DNA of 64,000 bases from Candidatus Altimarinota bacterium (GTDB lineage Bacteria > Patescibacteriota > Gracilibacteria > UBA4473), in contig OZ246423.1 in NCBI GenBank assembly GCA_965231215.1, positions 192,001 through 256,000 of the forward strand, written 5' to 3'. Made by a program: the position numbers and the translations under genes. Under the pieces are notes generated by a model. That model was not told where the DNA came from. It saw nothing but the letters and a program-made list of their open reading frames with translations, and did not search any database. Below, in pieces: positions 1-9,424 of the stretch. Numbering within the stretch: position 1 is the stretch's first letter; each line of letters opens with the position of its first letter.

Positions 1-54
1 TTCCTTATCTACTTTTATGCCTTCATCAAAAAGCGTTTTCCAGGGATTTTTTGA
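1..54 (+). CDS. possible 3' end of a CDS entering the window (FLIYFYAFIKKRFPGIF*)
   Basis: Frame 1 is open from base 1 to TGA at 52-54 and is hydrophobic; too short to assign. Confidence 0.35.
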   Translation, partial: FLIYFYAFIKKRFPGIF

Positions 55-306
55 TTTAGTAAGCTCCTTCCGAAGTGACTTCCCGCTCCGCTGAGCAAAA
101 AGCATTCCATAAAGAGCTCCAATAGTAAGACCGAATAAAAGTTTAAATAAACCTCGCATATAAAAATTATTAAGTTCGATATTTTTTTAGCTACTTCCAG
201 GAGTTTTTGCAAACCTTTTCCTTGATTTTTTTGTAAAAAAAGCATAATTGATACACCTTATAAAAATTTTTGAAACTCAAACAATTACAAAGCCTTATTT
301 AATATT

Positions 307-1620
307 ATGCCAAAATTCTTCAAAGCTCCCGCTGGAACCGTAGATTTCTTACCTGACTATCACGACTATTTTACTTTTGTAAAAAAAGTGATTCGTCATC
401 GATTTAGGCAATCCGGTTTTCGTAGAATTTCGCCTCCCATGTTTGAAGAAACAGAAGCTTTTTTACGATCCCTTGGAGAAACCAACGAAATTACAGCTCG
501 AGAACTATACAGCTTTAAAGATCGACAAGATCGTGAATATACACTCCGACCAGAAATTACGACCGGTATTGTTCGATCTTTTATTGAACATGAGATGAAA
601 GAAGAAGCTCTACCAGTAGAGCTTTATTATATTGAACCGTGTTTTCGGTTCGAGCGTCCAAATTCTAGAACTCGCAGACAATTCTGGCAGTTTGGAGTAG
701 AAGTTTTGGGAGAAACCGATTCTTCCATTGATGCCCAAATTATGTACCTAGGGCATCGAATTCTTTCTGATTTGAAAATCAAAGACATCTGTGAATTACG
801 GATCAATACTATTGGAGGCCCAGAAGATAGAAAGAAGTTTTTTGAGGCCCTAGAAAACTTTTATAGCGGCAAGGAACGGAGTCTCAGTCCAGAATCAAAA
901 GAAAAACTCGCACAAAAAAAATATCTAGAGCTTCTAGACCCACGGACTGAAGATGAAGAAATATTAGTACAAATGGCTCCTAAAATTACGGACTTCCTTT
1001 CAGATGAATCCCGAATGTTTTTTCAACAAACTTTAGAATATCTAAACAGTTTTGGAATTGAATACCAAATTGACCATTCCCTCACTCGACCACTGGATTA
1101 CTACACTCAAACTGTATTTGAATTCCGTGAAAAAGATACGCGCAATAAAGTACTCGTTGGAGGACGATACGATGGACTCATTGAAAAAATGGGCGGCCCC
1201 AACCTTGGGGGGGCCGGATTTGCGGCTGGAGTAGACAGAGTCATTAAATTAATGAAACAGCAAGGGGTAGACGTCCCACGCAAAGATACACTGCAGATCT
1301 TTTTGGCCGCAACAGGGCCGGTAGCCAAAACTTATGCCCTACCTATTTTGGTAAAACTACGTGAACACGGATATCATGCTGTAGGGGTTTTGGGGAAAAC
1401 CTCTATGCAAGAACAACTCAAAAGGGCCCAGCATTTTGGAGTGCCTTATACCTTGCTTATGGGAGATTTAGAAATAAAGAAAAAACAAATCATCGTTCGA
1501 AATATGGAAACAGGGAAACAAGAATGGGTGGATCAAGATACAATTTTGCCACACATGGACAAACTTTTAGGCGCCCCCAAAAACCTAGACACGACAACCG
1601 ATTTCCTAGGGCATCAATAG
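307..1620 (+). CDS. hisS: histidyl-tRNA synthetase
   Basis: GTVDFLP, LRPEITT, FRFERP..RQFWQFGVE, LDYYT..VFE, GGRYDGL, GFAAGVDR; C-terminal anticodon-binding domain. Confidence 0.97.
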   Translation: MPKFFKAPAGTVDFLPDYHDYFTFVKKVIRHRFRQSGFRRISPPMFEETEAFLRSLGETNEITARELYSFKDRQDREYTLRPEITTGIVRSFIEHEMKEEALPVELYYIEPCFRFERPNSRTRRQFWQFGVEVLGETDSSIDAQIMYLGHRILSDLKIKDICELRINTIGGPEDRKKFFEALENFYSGKERSLSPESKEKLAQKKYLELLDPRTEDEEILVQMAPKITDFLSDESRMFFQQTLEYLNSFGIEYQIDHSLTRPLDYYTQTVFEFREKDTRNKVLVGGRYDGLIEKMGGPNLGGAGFAAGVDRVIKLMKQQGVDVPRKDTLQIFLAATGPVAKTYALPILVKLREHGYHAVGVLGKTSMQEQLKRAQHFGVPYTLLMGDLEIKKKQIIVRNMETGKQEWVDQDTILPHMDKLLGAPKNLDTTTDFLGHQ

Positions 1621-1786
1621 AGCACAGAGGGAAAGATTTTTCCTTACAAAACCTGCTTTTAAAATAAAATTTTTAAATTTAGGGAACCCACAAGACCCTA
1701 AAATAAAAAATGAAATCAAAATATTTATTTTGTTTTTTGTCTTGGCACTAACAAGTGAGCAAACTATCATACTAGCAGATTAAAAA

Positions 1787-2392
1787 ATGCAGACTCTACC
1801 TCAAAGTATACAAAGCGCTATTGATGCTCTTTCTGACCTTCCAGGGATTGGAAGTAGAAGTGCCGAAAGGCTCGTTTTTACCCTCCTCCAAAATGACTCT
1901 GCACTAGACCAAAAACTCGCTCGAGCCTTTGGGAATTTGAAATTAAACCTAAATGAATGCTCAATCTCTTACAATTACTGCGAAGGCAAAAACTGCCCTC
2001 TAGCCACACATCCCAATAGAGATGACAAAGTGATCTGCGTAGTTGAGACCCCTATGGATCTACTCGCTATTGAAAGAACCCAAGAGTTTAAAGGTCGTTA
2101 TCACGTCTTACACGGAGTTATTTCTCCTATGAACAAAGTAAGGCCAGAACAATTACGAATTAACCAACTCATCGAACGTGTAGAAACCTCAGACACCATT
2201 GAAGAAGTCGTTTTAGCCATGTCAGGAAACGTAGAAGGTGATGCAACCGCTTTTTATATCACCGAGAAACTTCAACATAATTTTAATGGCAAAGTTACTC
2301 GCCTAGCACGAGGCATTCCTACTGGTGGAGACTTAGACTACCTCGATGCTGGCACTCTCAGCAGAGCCTTGATCGATAGAAGAGAATTTTGA
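1787..2392 (+). CDS. recR: recombination mediator RecR
   Basis: LPGIGSRSAERL HhH motif, ICVVE, YHVLHGVISP, EGDATA, VTRLARGIPTGGDLDYLD. Confidence 0.96.
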   Translation: MQTLPQSIQSAIDALSDLPGIGSRSAERLVFTLLQNDSALDQKLARAFGNLKLNLNECSISYNYCEGKNCPLATHPNRDDKVICVVETPMDLLAIERTQEFKGRYHVLHGVISPMNKVRPEQLRINQLIERVETSDTIEEVVLAMSGNVEGDATAFYITEKLQHNFNGKVTRLARGIPTGGDLDYLDAGTLSRALIDRREF

Positions 2393-2400
2393 AAAAATAA

Positions 2401-3165
2401 ATGAGCTATACTGAGCGCCGAACTAAAGAAAAAGACCTAGGCCTCCATGGTATTATATTCGGGAAAAGAGCCTTAGAGTTTGACGGTATTTTGACGGAAA
2501 TCCCAACCGTCGCACAAATTCAAAAATTAGAAAAAATACTGAGTCAAATACGCGGAAGCTCAGTCACTATAAAAAATATAATGTACGACCAGGATGGCAC
2601 TCTTGGTGGAGCCAAAGAAGGCATATCTGAAGAAAGTAAAAAAAGAATTAATGAACAAAAAAAAGCGGGTCTCAATGTTGCCATCCTAACCAATGACCCA
2701 AGCGAAAGTAAAAAAGCACAATGCCAAAAACTTAATATCCCCCTCTGGGGAAATCCACAATTTCCCAAACCTCATCCAAAAGCTTTTTTAATACCTTTGG
2801 AAGAAATGAAATGGGAGCCTGCTCAAACACTGTTTATCGGGGATACTCCTGCTACAGATAAACCTCTAACCCAAAGCGCAAAAGAATTTAAAAAAATACT
2901 GATTCTAAAATCTATCCTCATTCACGGATGGACTACACCAAAAAAATCTAAACTTAATCTCATTTCCCTTCCTACAGAAGATCTTCACCCCAATAGGGAT
3001 AAAGAAATGATGGGCACTAACTTTTTGATCTACCCACAACCAACAACACTAAAGTTCTATCAAAAACCCAAAAGACATATTCACCGAAGATTTATAAATA
3101 CTGGATTGTATTATTTCTTAAAAAAACGATCTAAGTTTATTACAACCAAACACCTAATCCCTTAA
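2401..3165 (+). CDS. HAD-superfamily phosphatase (YqeG/IIIA-like)
   Basis: DQDGTL motif I, ILTN motif II, KPHP motif III, FIGD...D motif IV. Confidence 0.7.
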   Translation: MSYTERRTKEKDLGLHGIIFGKRALEFDGILTEIPTVAQIQKLEKILSQIRGSSVTIKNIMYDQDGTLGGAKEGISEESKKRINEQKKAGLNVAILTNDPSESKKAQCQKLNIPLWGNPQFPKPHPKAFLIPLEEMKWEPAQTLFIGDTPATDKPLTQSAKEFKKILILKSILIHGWTTPKKSKLNLISLPTEDLHPNRDKEMMGTNFLIYPQPTTLKFYQKPKRHIHRRFINTGLYYFLKKRSKFITTKHLIP

Positions 3166-3539
3166 CTCTTCATACAAAAAACACTAAGCTTATTACCATC
3201 TAAGTCACGAAAATAAGCTTCGTAAAACATTTCGCTTCTTGCCCCTGGTTCTCCTTCATCTAAAGCTCCAAGTTCAATCGCTTTGGCATAAACGGCTTTT
3301 ACCTGCTCTTCATCTTTACACTGCAATCCCATCATCGTTCCATTGCCTACTGTGGCAGGCTCCTCATTAAAAGGCGTCCCAATTGAAAAACCAACTTGAT
3401 CCCAATTGCCTCCTTTAGACCAAGCTATTCCCTGTGGATTTTCCATAAGCCTTTTCCCCTCCAACATTTCTAAAATTTCATCATAAAAAGACGCCGCTTT
3501 TTCCAAGTCATTAGTACCAAGCATAACATATCCAATCAT
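3162..3539 (-). CDS. VOC/glyoxalase family protein
   Basis: MIGYVMLGTNDLEKAASFYD...GNGTM...DEGEPG.R...YEAYFRDLDGNKL. Confidence 0.9.
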   Translation of the reverse strand: MIGYVMLGTNDLEKAASFYDEILEMLEGKRLMENPQGIAWSKGGNWDQVGFSIGTPFNEEPATVGNGTMMGLQCKDEEQVKAVYAKAIELGALDEGEPGARSEMFYEAYFRDLDGNKLSVFCMKS

Positions 3540-3609
3540 TATAAAAAGGGTTAAAAAATATATCTGAAACTACGCCCTTAAAGAAAGAAAATCAAAAAAA
3601 TTTATAAAT

Positions 3610-4443
3610 CTATATTTTCCCTAACCAGGCCTTTTTCCAACACCGCCACCAGTAGACTCTTTTAATAAAACTAAAGGGAGCCACAACAAAAATAAATATT
3701 TGGAGTTGCCATTTTTTTAATCCTTTTGGTAGGATTTCTATCTCTGGGTGAAGCCGTTCAAAAGTAAGCGCATTGCTGCGTGCTTGCCTGGTTTGAGCCA
3801 TCATTTTTTCCAGCGTTTGCCTGTGATCATGAAAAACTTCTACCAGTTTATCATAATGGATCTGCATACCCTTTTTTTCTAATCGATATCCCAATTCACT
3901 ATCCTCAAATCCCCATCCATAAAATTTTTCACTAAACCGTTGTTCTCCAATAAGTTCACGTTTAAGCGAAATATTTGAAGTATAAAAATGATGCCAGTCT
4001 GGTGTTTTTCCTTTATCTAAGTTTTTAAAATCAAACTGCGCGTGAGACTCAAGCCATACATGAAATGGGTCTTTAATTAAATCTTCTGTCCAATGAATTC
4101 GTCCAAGCAACGCTTGATTTTTATTACTATTTTCTGAATGAAAAATATGAATTTTCTGTAACCAGTTTTTATCCGGAAAGGTATCATCTCCTATAAAAAC
4201 AATCACATCCCCTATAGATTTTTCTATACCAAAATTACGCGTACCGCTAACTCCCACTTTTTCACCTGTTTCTAAAATTTTCACATTATCATGTTCAATT
4301 ACAAAGTTAGATGACTGCCTTCCGTCAAAAACAACTAAAATTTCTGGGTTAATTTGATCAAATTTTTTATTCAAAAAAAGAGCCTCCAATACGCCTCCCA
4401 AAGTGCGGCGTCCAACGGTAGGAATGATGATAGAAATTTTCAT
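3610..4443 (-). CDS. glycosyltransferase family 2
   Basis: ISIIIPT, RNFGI, FIGDD (DxD-like), FYGWGFEDSELGYRL. Confidence 0.9.
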   Translation of the reverse strand: MKISIIIPTVGRRTLGGVLEALFLNKKFDQINPEILVVFDGRQSSNFVIEHDNVKILETGEKVGVSGTRNFGIEKSIGDVIVFIGDDTFPDKNWLQKIHIFHSENSNKNQALLGRIHWTEDLIKDPFHVWLESHAQFDFKNLDKGKTPDWHHFYTSNISLKRELIGEQRFSEKFYGWGFEDSELGYRLEKKGMQIHYDKLVEVFHDHRQTLEKMMAQTRQARSNALTFERLHPEIEILPKGLKKWQLQIFIFVVAPFSFIKRVYWWRCWKKAWLGKI

Positions 4444-4475
4444 ATCTTTTTTTCTATTTAGTTTTTAAAAATGTT

Positions 4476-4578
4476 TTTAGCCCAGGAGATCAAAAAAATT
4501 TTAATGAAACGTAGTATTTTTTACGACAAATAAATTTTTTTGCAACTGACAAAACATAAGTCATTTTTGGAGCTAAAT
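4476..4578 (+). repeat. degenerate palindromic element (family B)
   Basis: Nested stems TTTAGC..GCTAAA, CAAAAAAATTT..AAATTTTTTTG, CGTA..TACG; TTTAATGA-hairpin-AAT(A/G)A layout shared with 62972-63091. Confidence 0.45.
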
Positions 4579-5586
4579 TATGTTTACTTCTCGCTCTAGG
4601 GTAATCCCAAACCGATCCTTCACCTCATTTATAATCAATTCTGAAATCTCATAAATTTCTTTTCCTGTAGCACCATTATGGTTTACCAATACCAAAGCTT
4701 GATCTTTATGCACTCCACAATTACCAAAAGTCTTTCCCTTAAAACCTGAAATTTCAATCAACCACCCAGCAGGAATTTTTACATCAAATGGACCCATTTT
4801 GTAAAACGGCATGTCTGGGTATTTTTTAGCTATGGCTTCTTGTATAGATTTTTTTACAATAGGGTTTTTAAAAAAACTTCCTGCATTACCTATTACTTTT
4901 GGATCTGGTAACTTTGATTGCCGAATATCAATAACGGCATTGCTTACATCTTGTATGGTAGGATGCTCAATATTTTTATCAGCTAAGACTTTTTTGATTA
5001 CTCCATATTCTAAGTTGAGTTTTGGGTTTTTAGACAGTTTATAAGTCACAGAAATAATAATCCATTTCCCTTTTTCTTTCCCTTTAAAAATAGAATCTCT
5101 GTAGCCAAATTGGCAGGCTTCTAAACTAAACTTTTTGATATTACCCGTAGCAATTTCTAGGGCTTCCAAAGACTCAAAACAGTGCACCTGCTCTACCCCA
5201 TAAGCGCCAATATTTTGCAGCGGGGCAGCCCCTACCGATCCGGGAATTAGTGAAAGGTTTTCTAATCCTCCCCAACCATTTTCAACCGTCCATAGAACTA
5301 ACTCATGCCATAATTCACCAGACATAGCTTTAATCAACACAAAGTTATCTGTTTGTTTTTCCCGAGTTATTCCCTCCATAGAATTTTTGATAACCAGACC
5401 TGGAAAATCCTTTGTAAAAAGCACATTACTCCCCCCCCCTAAAACCATAAGAGGCATCGTTTTATCTTGATACCAAAAAATAACTTCTTGAAGTGTCTTT
5501 AGATTTTTCACCTCAACAAAAAATTCTGCTTTAGCCTCAACCCCGAAGGTATTAAGTTTGTTTAACGAAACATTTTTCTGAATCAT
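4573..5586 (-). CDS. murB: UDP-N-acetylenolpyruvoylglucosamine reductase
   Basis: LGGGSNVLF, GLENLSLIPGSVGAAPLQNIGAYG, FGYRDSIFK, GNAGSFFKNP, QALVLVN, LEREV. Confidence 0.97.
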   Translation of the reverse strand: MIQKNVSLNKLNTFGVEAKAEFFVEVKNLKTLQEVIFWYQDKTMPLMVLGGGSNVLFTKDFPGLVIKNSMEGITREKQTDNFVLIKAMSGELWHELVLWTVENGWGGLENLSLIPGSVGAAPLQNIGAYGVEQVHCFESLEALEIATGNIKKFSLEACQFGYRDSIFKGKEKGKWIIISVTYKLSKNPKLNLEYGVIKKVLADKNIEHPTIQDVSNAVIDIRQSKLPDPKVIGNAGSFFKNPIVKKSIQEAIAKKYPDMPFYKMGPFDVKIPAGWLIEISGFKGKTFGNCGVHKDQALVLVNHNGATGKEIYEISELIINEVKDRFGITLEREVNII

Positions 5587-5622
5587 GGTAGGATTACTCT
5601 ATCACTCTTCGTACTTTTGTCA

Positions 5623-6567
5623 CTACATCAACTCCAAAAGCGCGACTCCTACAAACATAATTAAAATACCAATAAGTTTTTGGAATATAACTTCTTTGTG
5701 AACTGATTCCTTCACCATATGAGGAAAAAACCAGGTCATAAATAACCCGATCGAAAAAACAAAAAAGCCTTGAGATCCTCCAATGGCGCCTACCAAGGCG
5801 ACCGGTGCTAAAGCTAAAGCCCATAAATAAAAAGCAAAAGCTATGAAAGAAATAAAATCATTAAACATAAACAATGGAAAAACTGGGCGAAAAGTTTTTT
5901 TAAAACTTCCAAATAACCCTTTCTTCCACAAACATAAAACAAAAAGTAAACAAGAAGCTGTTTGTCCTAAAAGTTGCCAAGCATATAAAGTCCAAAAAGC
6001 ATTAGGAAAGATCTGATGCACATACTTGAAACTTACAAATACAATAGCTACAAAAAAAGTAGAAATCAGCATCATAAAAAATACAGGCCTCAATGCAAAA
6101 ATAGAAAGTGAAAGTTTTTCAGTAGAAAGTATCAACCCTCCAAAAAGAATAATAATAAAGGCCCAAAGGTCACTTCCTACCAAAATTTCTCCTAAAAAAA
6201 CATAAGCCAAAACCGCTCCCCAAACAGGGCTAAAGTTAAATAAAGGCACCACAAAAGAAGCTTCCTCAATCTTAAGAGATTTTAAATAAAACCACATCAT
6301 AAAGGAGAACGTCCCTCCACCTAAAAAGACAATACTTACATAAAACCAAGGCAAAGTATACAGCCCTCCTAAATAGATCCAAATCCCTATGGCAAAAATC
6401 AAGGAACCTAATCCACTAAAAATATAATACAGTCCCATTGAGGGAATTTTTTTTTCAGTGATCTCTTTATCAATAAAGTTAACAATGGCCCAAATAAACG
6501 AAGCCAATAATGTAAAAATAATCCACATCAGATTAAGTCTACCTAATTCTGGGAATAACAGAAGCAA
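5623..6567 (-). CDS. DMT/EamA-family membrane transporter (start possibly 6528, MWIIF)
   Basis: About 10 hydrophobic helices; EEASFVVPL, LAYVFLGE, KES...KLIGILIMFVGV. Confidence 0.8.
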   Translation of the reverse strand: MLLLFPELGRLNLMWIIFTLLASFIWAIVNFIDKEITEKKIPSMGLYYIFSGLGSLIFAIGIWIYLGGLYTLPWFYVSIVFLGGGTFSFMMWFYLKSLKIEEASFVVPLFNFSPVWGAVLAYVFLGEILVGSDLWAFIIILFGGLILSTEKLSLSIFALRPVFFMMLISTFFVAIVFVSFKYVHQIFPNAFWTLYAWQLLGQTASCLLFVLCLWKKGLFGSFKKTFRPVFPLFMFNDFISFIAFAFYLWALALAPVALVGAIGGSQGFFVFSIGLFMTWFFPHMVKESVHKEVIFQKLIGILIMFVGVALLELM

Positions 6568-7109
6568 TCAGTCGTATGATCATTCACCATTCCCACCGCC
6601 TGCATATAAGCATAAACAATAGTAGTGCCAACAAATTTTAGACCTCGTTTTTTGAAGTCCTTTGAAAGAGTATCAGAAAGGTCAGTAGAAGTCGGCACCT
6701 CTGATATTTTTTCCCATTTATTTTTGATAGGCTTGTGATCTACAAAACCCCAAAAGTAATTGGAAAAAGAACCAAACTCTTTTTGAATTTTAAGAAAAGC
6801 TTGAGCATTAGTCCGAACCGAAAATACTTTAAGGCGATTACGAATAATTCCAGGATTTTCTAAAATTTTTTCTAACTTTGTATCTGAATAAGTAGCTATT
6901 TTTTGGGGGTTAAAATTATCAAATAGCATTTTATACGCTGCCCGTTTTTGTAAAACAGTTATCCAACTAAGCCCTGCCTGAGCCCCTTCAAGGCATAGCA
7001 TTTCAAAAAGATACCGGTCATCATCAAAAACCGGTATCCCCCATTCATGATCGTGGTAATCTTGATAAATTTTTTTATCGCCCACCCAAGCACAACGAAC
7101 TTTAGTCAT
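6543..7109 (-). CDS. tag: DNA-3-methyladenine glycosylase I
   Basis: RCAW, YHDHEWG, LEGAQAGLSW, IIRNRLK, FVGTTIVYAYMQAVGMVNDH..C; start moved to MTKVRC. Confidence 0.95.
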   Translation of the reverse strand: MTKVRCAWVGDKKIYQDYHDHEWGIPVFDDDRYLFEMLCLEGAQAGLSWITVLQKRAAYKMLFDNFNPQKIATYSDTKLEKILENPGIIRNRLKVFSVRTNAQAFLKIQKEFGSFSNYFWGFVDHKPIKNKWEKISEVPTSTDLSDTLSKDFKKRGLKFVGTTIVYAYMQAVGMVNDHTTDCFCYSQN

Positions 7110-7180
7110 GTCTAAACTATAAGTTATAAAATCTGAAAGTGATAGAAAATTTGAAAGTTCGAGACAAAACATAAGTTCCT

Positions 7181-7213
7181 GCAAAAGCCGTACTTTTGTT
7201 TGTACGGCGTTGC
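7181..7213 (-). terminator. putative intrinsic terminator
   Basis: GCCGTAC/GTACGGC stem followed by TTTT on the minus strand, downstream of the 7265-8233 gene. Confidence 0.5.
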
Positions 7214-7264
7214 AAGGTTTCGTTCTTTAACAAGGAAATTTCAAATTTTAAATACTTTCCTCAA

Positions 7265-8233
7265 TTAGCTTTCAAGTAGGTCGTTTAGGAATCCATCAAT
7301 ATCTCCTAAATCTCCTGATCTGTATTCTTCCTTCCACATGTTTAGATGACGATCTAGATAATCCACAATAAAGGTTTTAAGTTCATTCCCTTGTTCCCAT
7401 CCATAAAGTCGTTCTTGGATTTTTTCAATAACTTTAATTTTTCCTTGAACCTCCATTTTAGCATTATCAAGCCGCCCTTTAAGTCTTTCTAGAAAAGCAT
7501 TTAATTTGGGTTCTACTTTCTCCATAACAGCGGCCATTCGATCATCTGATATATCGTGCTTATGAGACATCATTTTTTCATGTTTGTCTTCCATTCGTTC
7601 CTGCATCATTTTTTTCTTTTCTTCCATTTTTTTGTGCATCATTTCCTTTTCATGCATCATTTTTTCTTTCATCATTTGGTGATGTTTTTCATCTTCTTGG
7701 ATCATTTTATGTTTTTCTTCTTCAGACCAATCATCTTCACACTCACCACTAGCACTGTAGTTTTCACAGTAGGCTTCTCTGTCTTCTTTTTGATCCATAT
7801 ACCGTTCACGGTTATCAATGAATCCATTTGGCACTTCTACCCAAACAACATTACTACAGTAACGTCCTTTTTTATCAGTGATAGTACAAACCCGGTAGTA
7901 AGCGCTTTTGTCTGGCCATTCATCTACAAATCGTAGATCACTGACGCTATCCATAGCCACCATGGCTGGGTCTTCTGGATAAACTGGGTTAGGTTCGTGA
8001 TGAGATTTCATAACCTTGTAATACATAAACACTTCATCATTACGACCTTCAAAAGGGGTCCATTCCATAGCTACTACGCCTTCTTCTTCATCAAATTCGG
8101 CCATAAACTCAATACCTTCATACACTGGTACGCGATATTCAGATTCACTACCCGCAGAGTCATTAGACATTGCAAAAACCGCCGGTGCACACAGCATCGA
8201 CAGAACGAGAGCCGAAAGAAACTTTAGTTTCAT
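7265..8233 (-). CDS. secreted hypothetical protein with Met/His/Lys/Glu-rich segment
   Basis: Signal peptide MKLKFLSALVLSMLCAPAVFA; beta-rich domain ending YYRVC...CSNVV; low-complexity helical region. Confidence 0.75.
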   Translation of the reverse strand: MKLKFLSALVLSMLCAPAVFAMSNDSAGSESEYRVPVYEGIEFMAEFDEEEGVVAMEWTPFEGRNDEVFMYYKVMKSHHEPNPVYPEDPAMVAMDSVSDLRFVDEWPDKSAYYRVCTITDKKGRYCSNVVWVEVPNGFIDNRERYMDQKEDREAYCENYSASGECEDDWSEEEKHKMIQEDEKHHQMMKEKMMHEKEMMHKKMEEKKKMMQERMEDKHEKMMSHKHDISDDRMAAVMEKVEPKLNAFLERLKGRLDNAKMEVQGKIKVIEKIQERLYGWEQGNELKTFIVDYLDRHLNMWKEEYRSGDLGDIDGFLNDLLES

Positions 8234-8289
8234 TTTTTTATTTTTATATTCAATCACCTTTATAAACAAAAAAGTTGTTCAATGCAAAT

Positions 8290-9423
8290 TTATGCGGAAA
8301 ATCTTTTTATCACAACGCCAGCCCTATCTCCTTCTCCAACATCATCTTTGGCAAAAAGTAATGACTGACCAGAATTAATTTTGTAATATTCTCCATTTGA
8401 TTTCGGCACTAATAATTCATGTTCTAAAGGCACAAAATCCTGAGGAGGCGGGACCCTACCTGCTTCTAGCGTTTCATAAAAACCAAAATCTTGAACTCCT
8501 TCTTCGCGAAGTATTGTCTCAACCTGTTGCCAAACATCCATCGGAATATTAGCTACTTCTTTTTTACCTCCTTGAAGCTGAAACCGCAAAGATTCCAACA
8601 TCTTATCGGCAAAGGTGATATTATTAGGATTACCAATAGTCCCCAATTCCGCCGTTATAGATTCTGCCCCAAACTCTCGAGCTGTTATCCCCGCAAAAGT
8701 TTCGGCCTTTCCAGATTCAGAAATAACCGCTCCCGCAAACACATCACCATATTTTTGTCTAAACCTTTTCAGACTAGCGTAGACCATCGCATAAGTGTAT
8801 TCACTTTCATCTTGATATTCCCCTCGAACTTCGCTTACTTTGGGAACTTTAAAACTTTGATGAAGATCCAAATGTTCAGGAGCCCCCTGAATATCCTGAG
8901 TATCAGTCCCACCTTTCAGTATTTCATTCAATGCTTTCCAGATTTCCCACTGTCGGCGAGAAGCATAGCTACCATTGGTTGATAGCTTTTCCAATAATTC
9001 CACTACCCATTGTCTATTTGCATTCGCCACTAAACCACCATAAGACGCATCTCCATCAAAATAACGAGAATTCATTACCATCCCTTGCTGCTTCTTGGTG
9101 AGAGCCTGTTGCATAGCCTTTAAATTCCCATCAATAAATAAAACATGTTTTCTTAATTCTAATTTCCCCGAAAAAATTTCTGCCCTCAGGGCATCCATAA
9201 TCTCAATTCCTGCTAACTCATCACCGTGTAACCCACTACTAAGAATCATTACTTTCGCATCAACGGGAGCCTTGCTTTCAAAAAAATATATACCCTTTTC
9301 CGGATGCTCAAACCGAGACACGCAACTATTAGAACAAACTATCTCAGCCAGCTCGCCCTGCATCTCCTCAGCCATACTAAGCTGAGAAGCTCTGTCATAA
9401 AATTTATCTACATCCAAAGACAT
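8290..9423 (-). CDS. succinylglutamate desuccinylase/aspartoacylase (AstE/AspA, M14) family protein
   Basis: SSGLHGDE, GNLKA, NANR, HLDLHQS, ITAELG; ATG at 9423 lies 1 nt after the upstream stop. Confidence 0.8.
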   Translation of the reverse strand: MSLDVDKFYDRASQLSMAEEMQGELAEIVCSNSCVSRFEHPEKGIYFFESKAPVDAKVMILSSGLHGDELAGIEIMDALRAEIFSGKLELRKHVLFIDGNLKAMQQALTKKQQGMVMNSRYFDGDASYGGLVANANRQWVVELLEKLSTNGSYASRRQWEIWKALNEILKGGTDTQDIQGAPEHLDLHQSFKVPKVSEVRGEYQDESEYTYAMVYASLKRFRQKYGDVFAGAVISESGKAETFAGITAREFGAESITAELGTIGNPNNITFADKMLESLRFQLQGGKKEVANIPMDVWQQVETILREEGVQDFGFYETLEAGRVPPPQDFVPLEHELLVPKSNGEYYKINSGQSLLFAKDDVGEGDRAGVVIKRFSA

Positions 9424-9424
9424 C

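Noticed and set aside
15-245. 76-aa minus-strand ORF and other short antisense ORFs in the track
   Set aside because: No motifs; they overlap promoters, structured intergenic DNA or well-supported genes on the other strand.
7556-8227. His/Phe-rich plus-strand ORFs 7556-7936 and 7997-8227
   Set aside because: Antisense shadows of the Met/Lys/Glu-rich gene.
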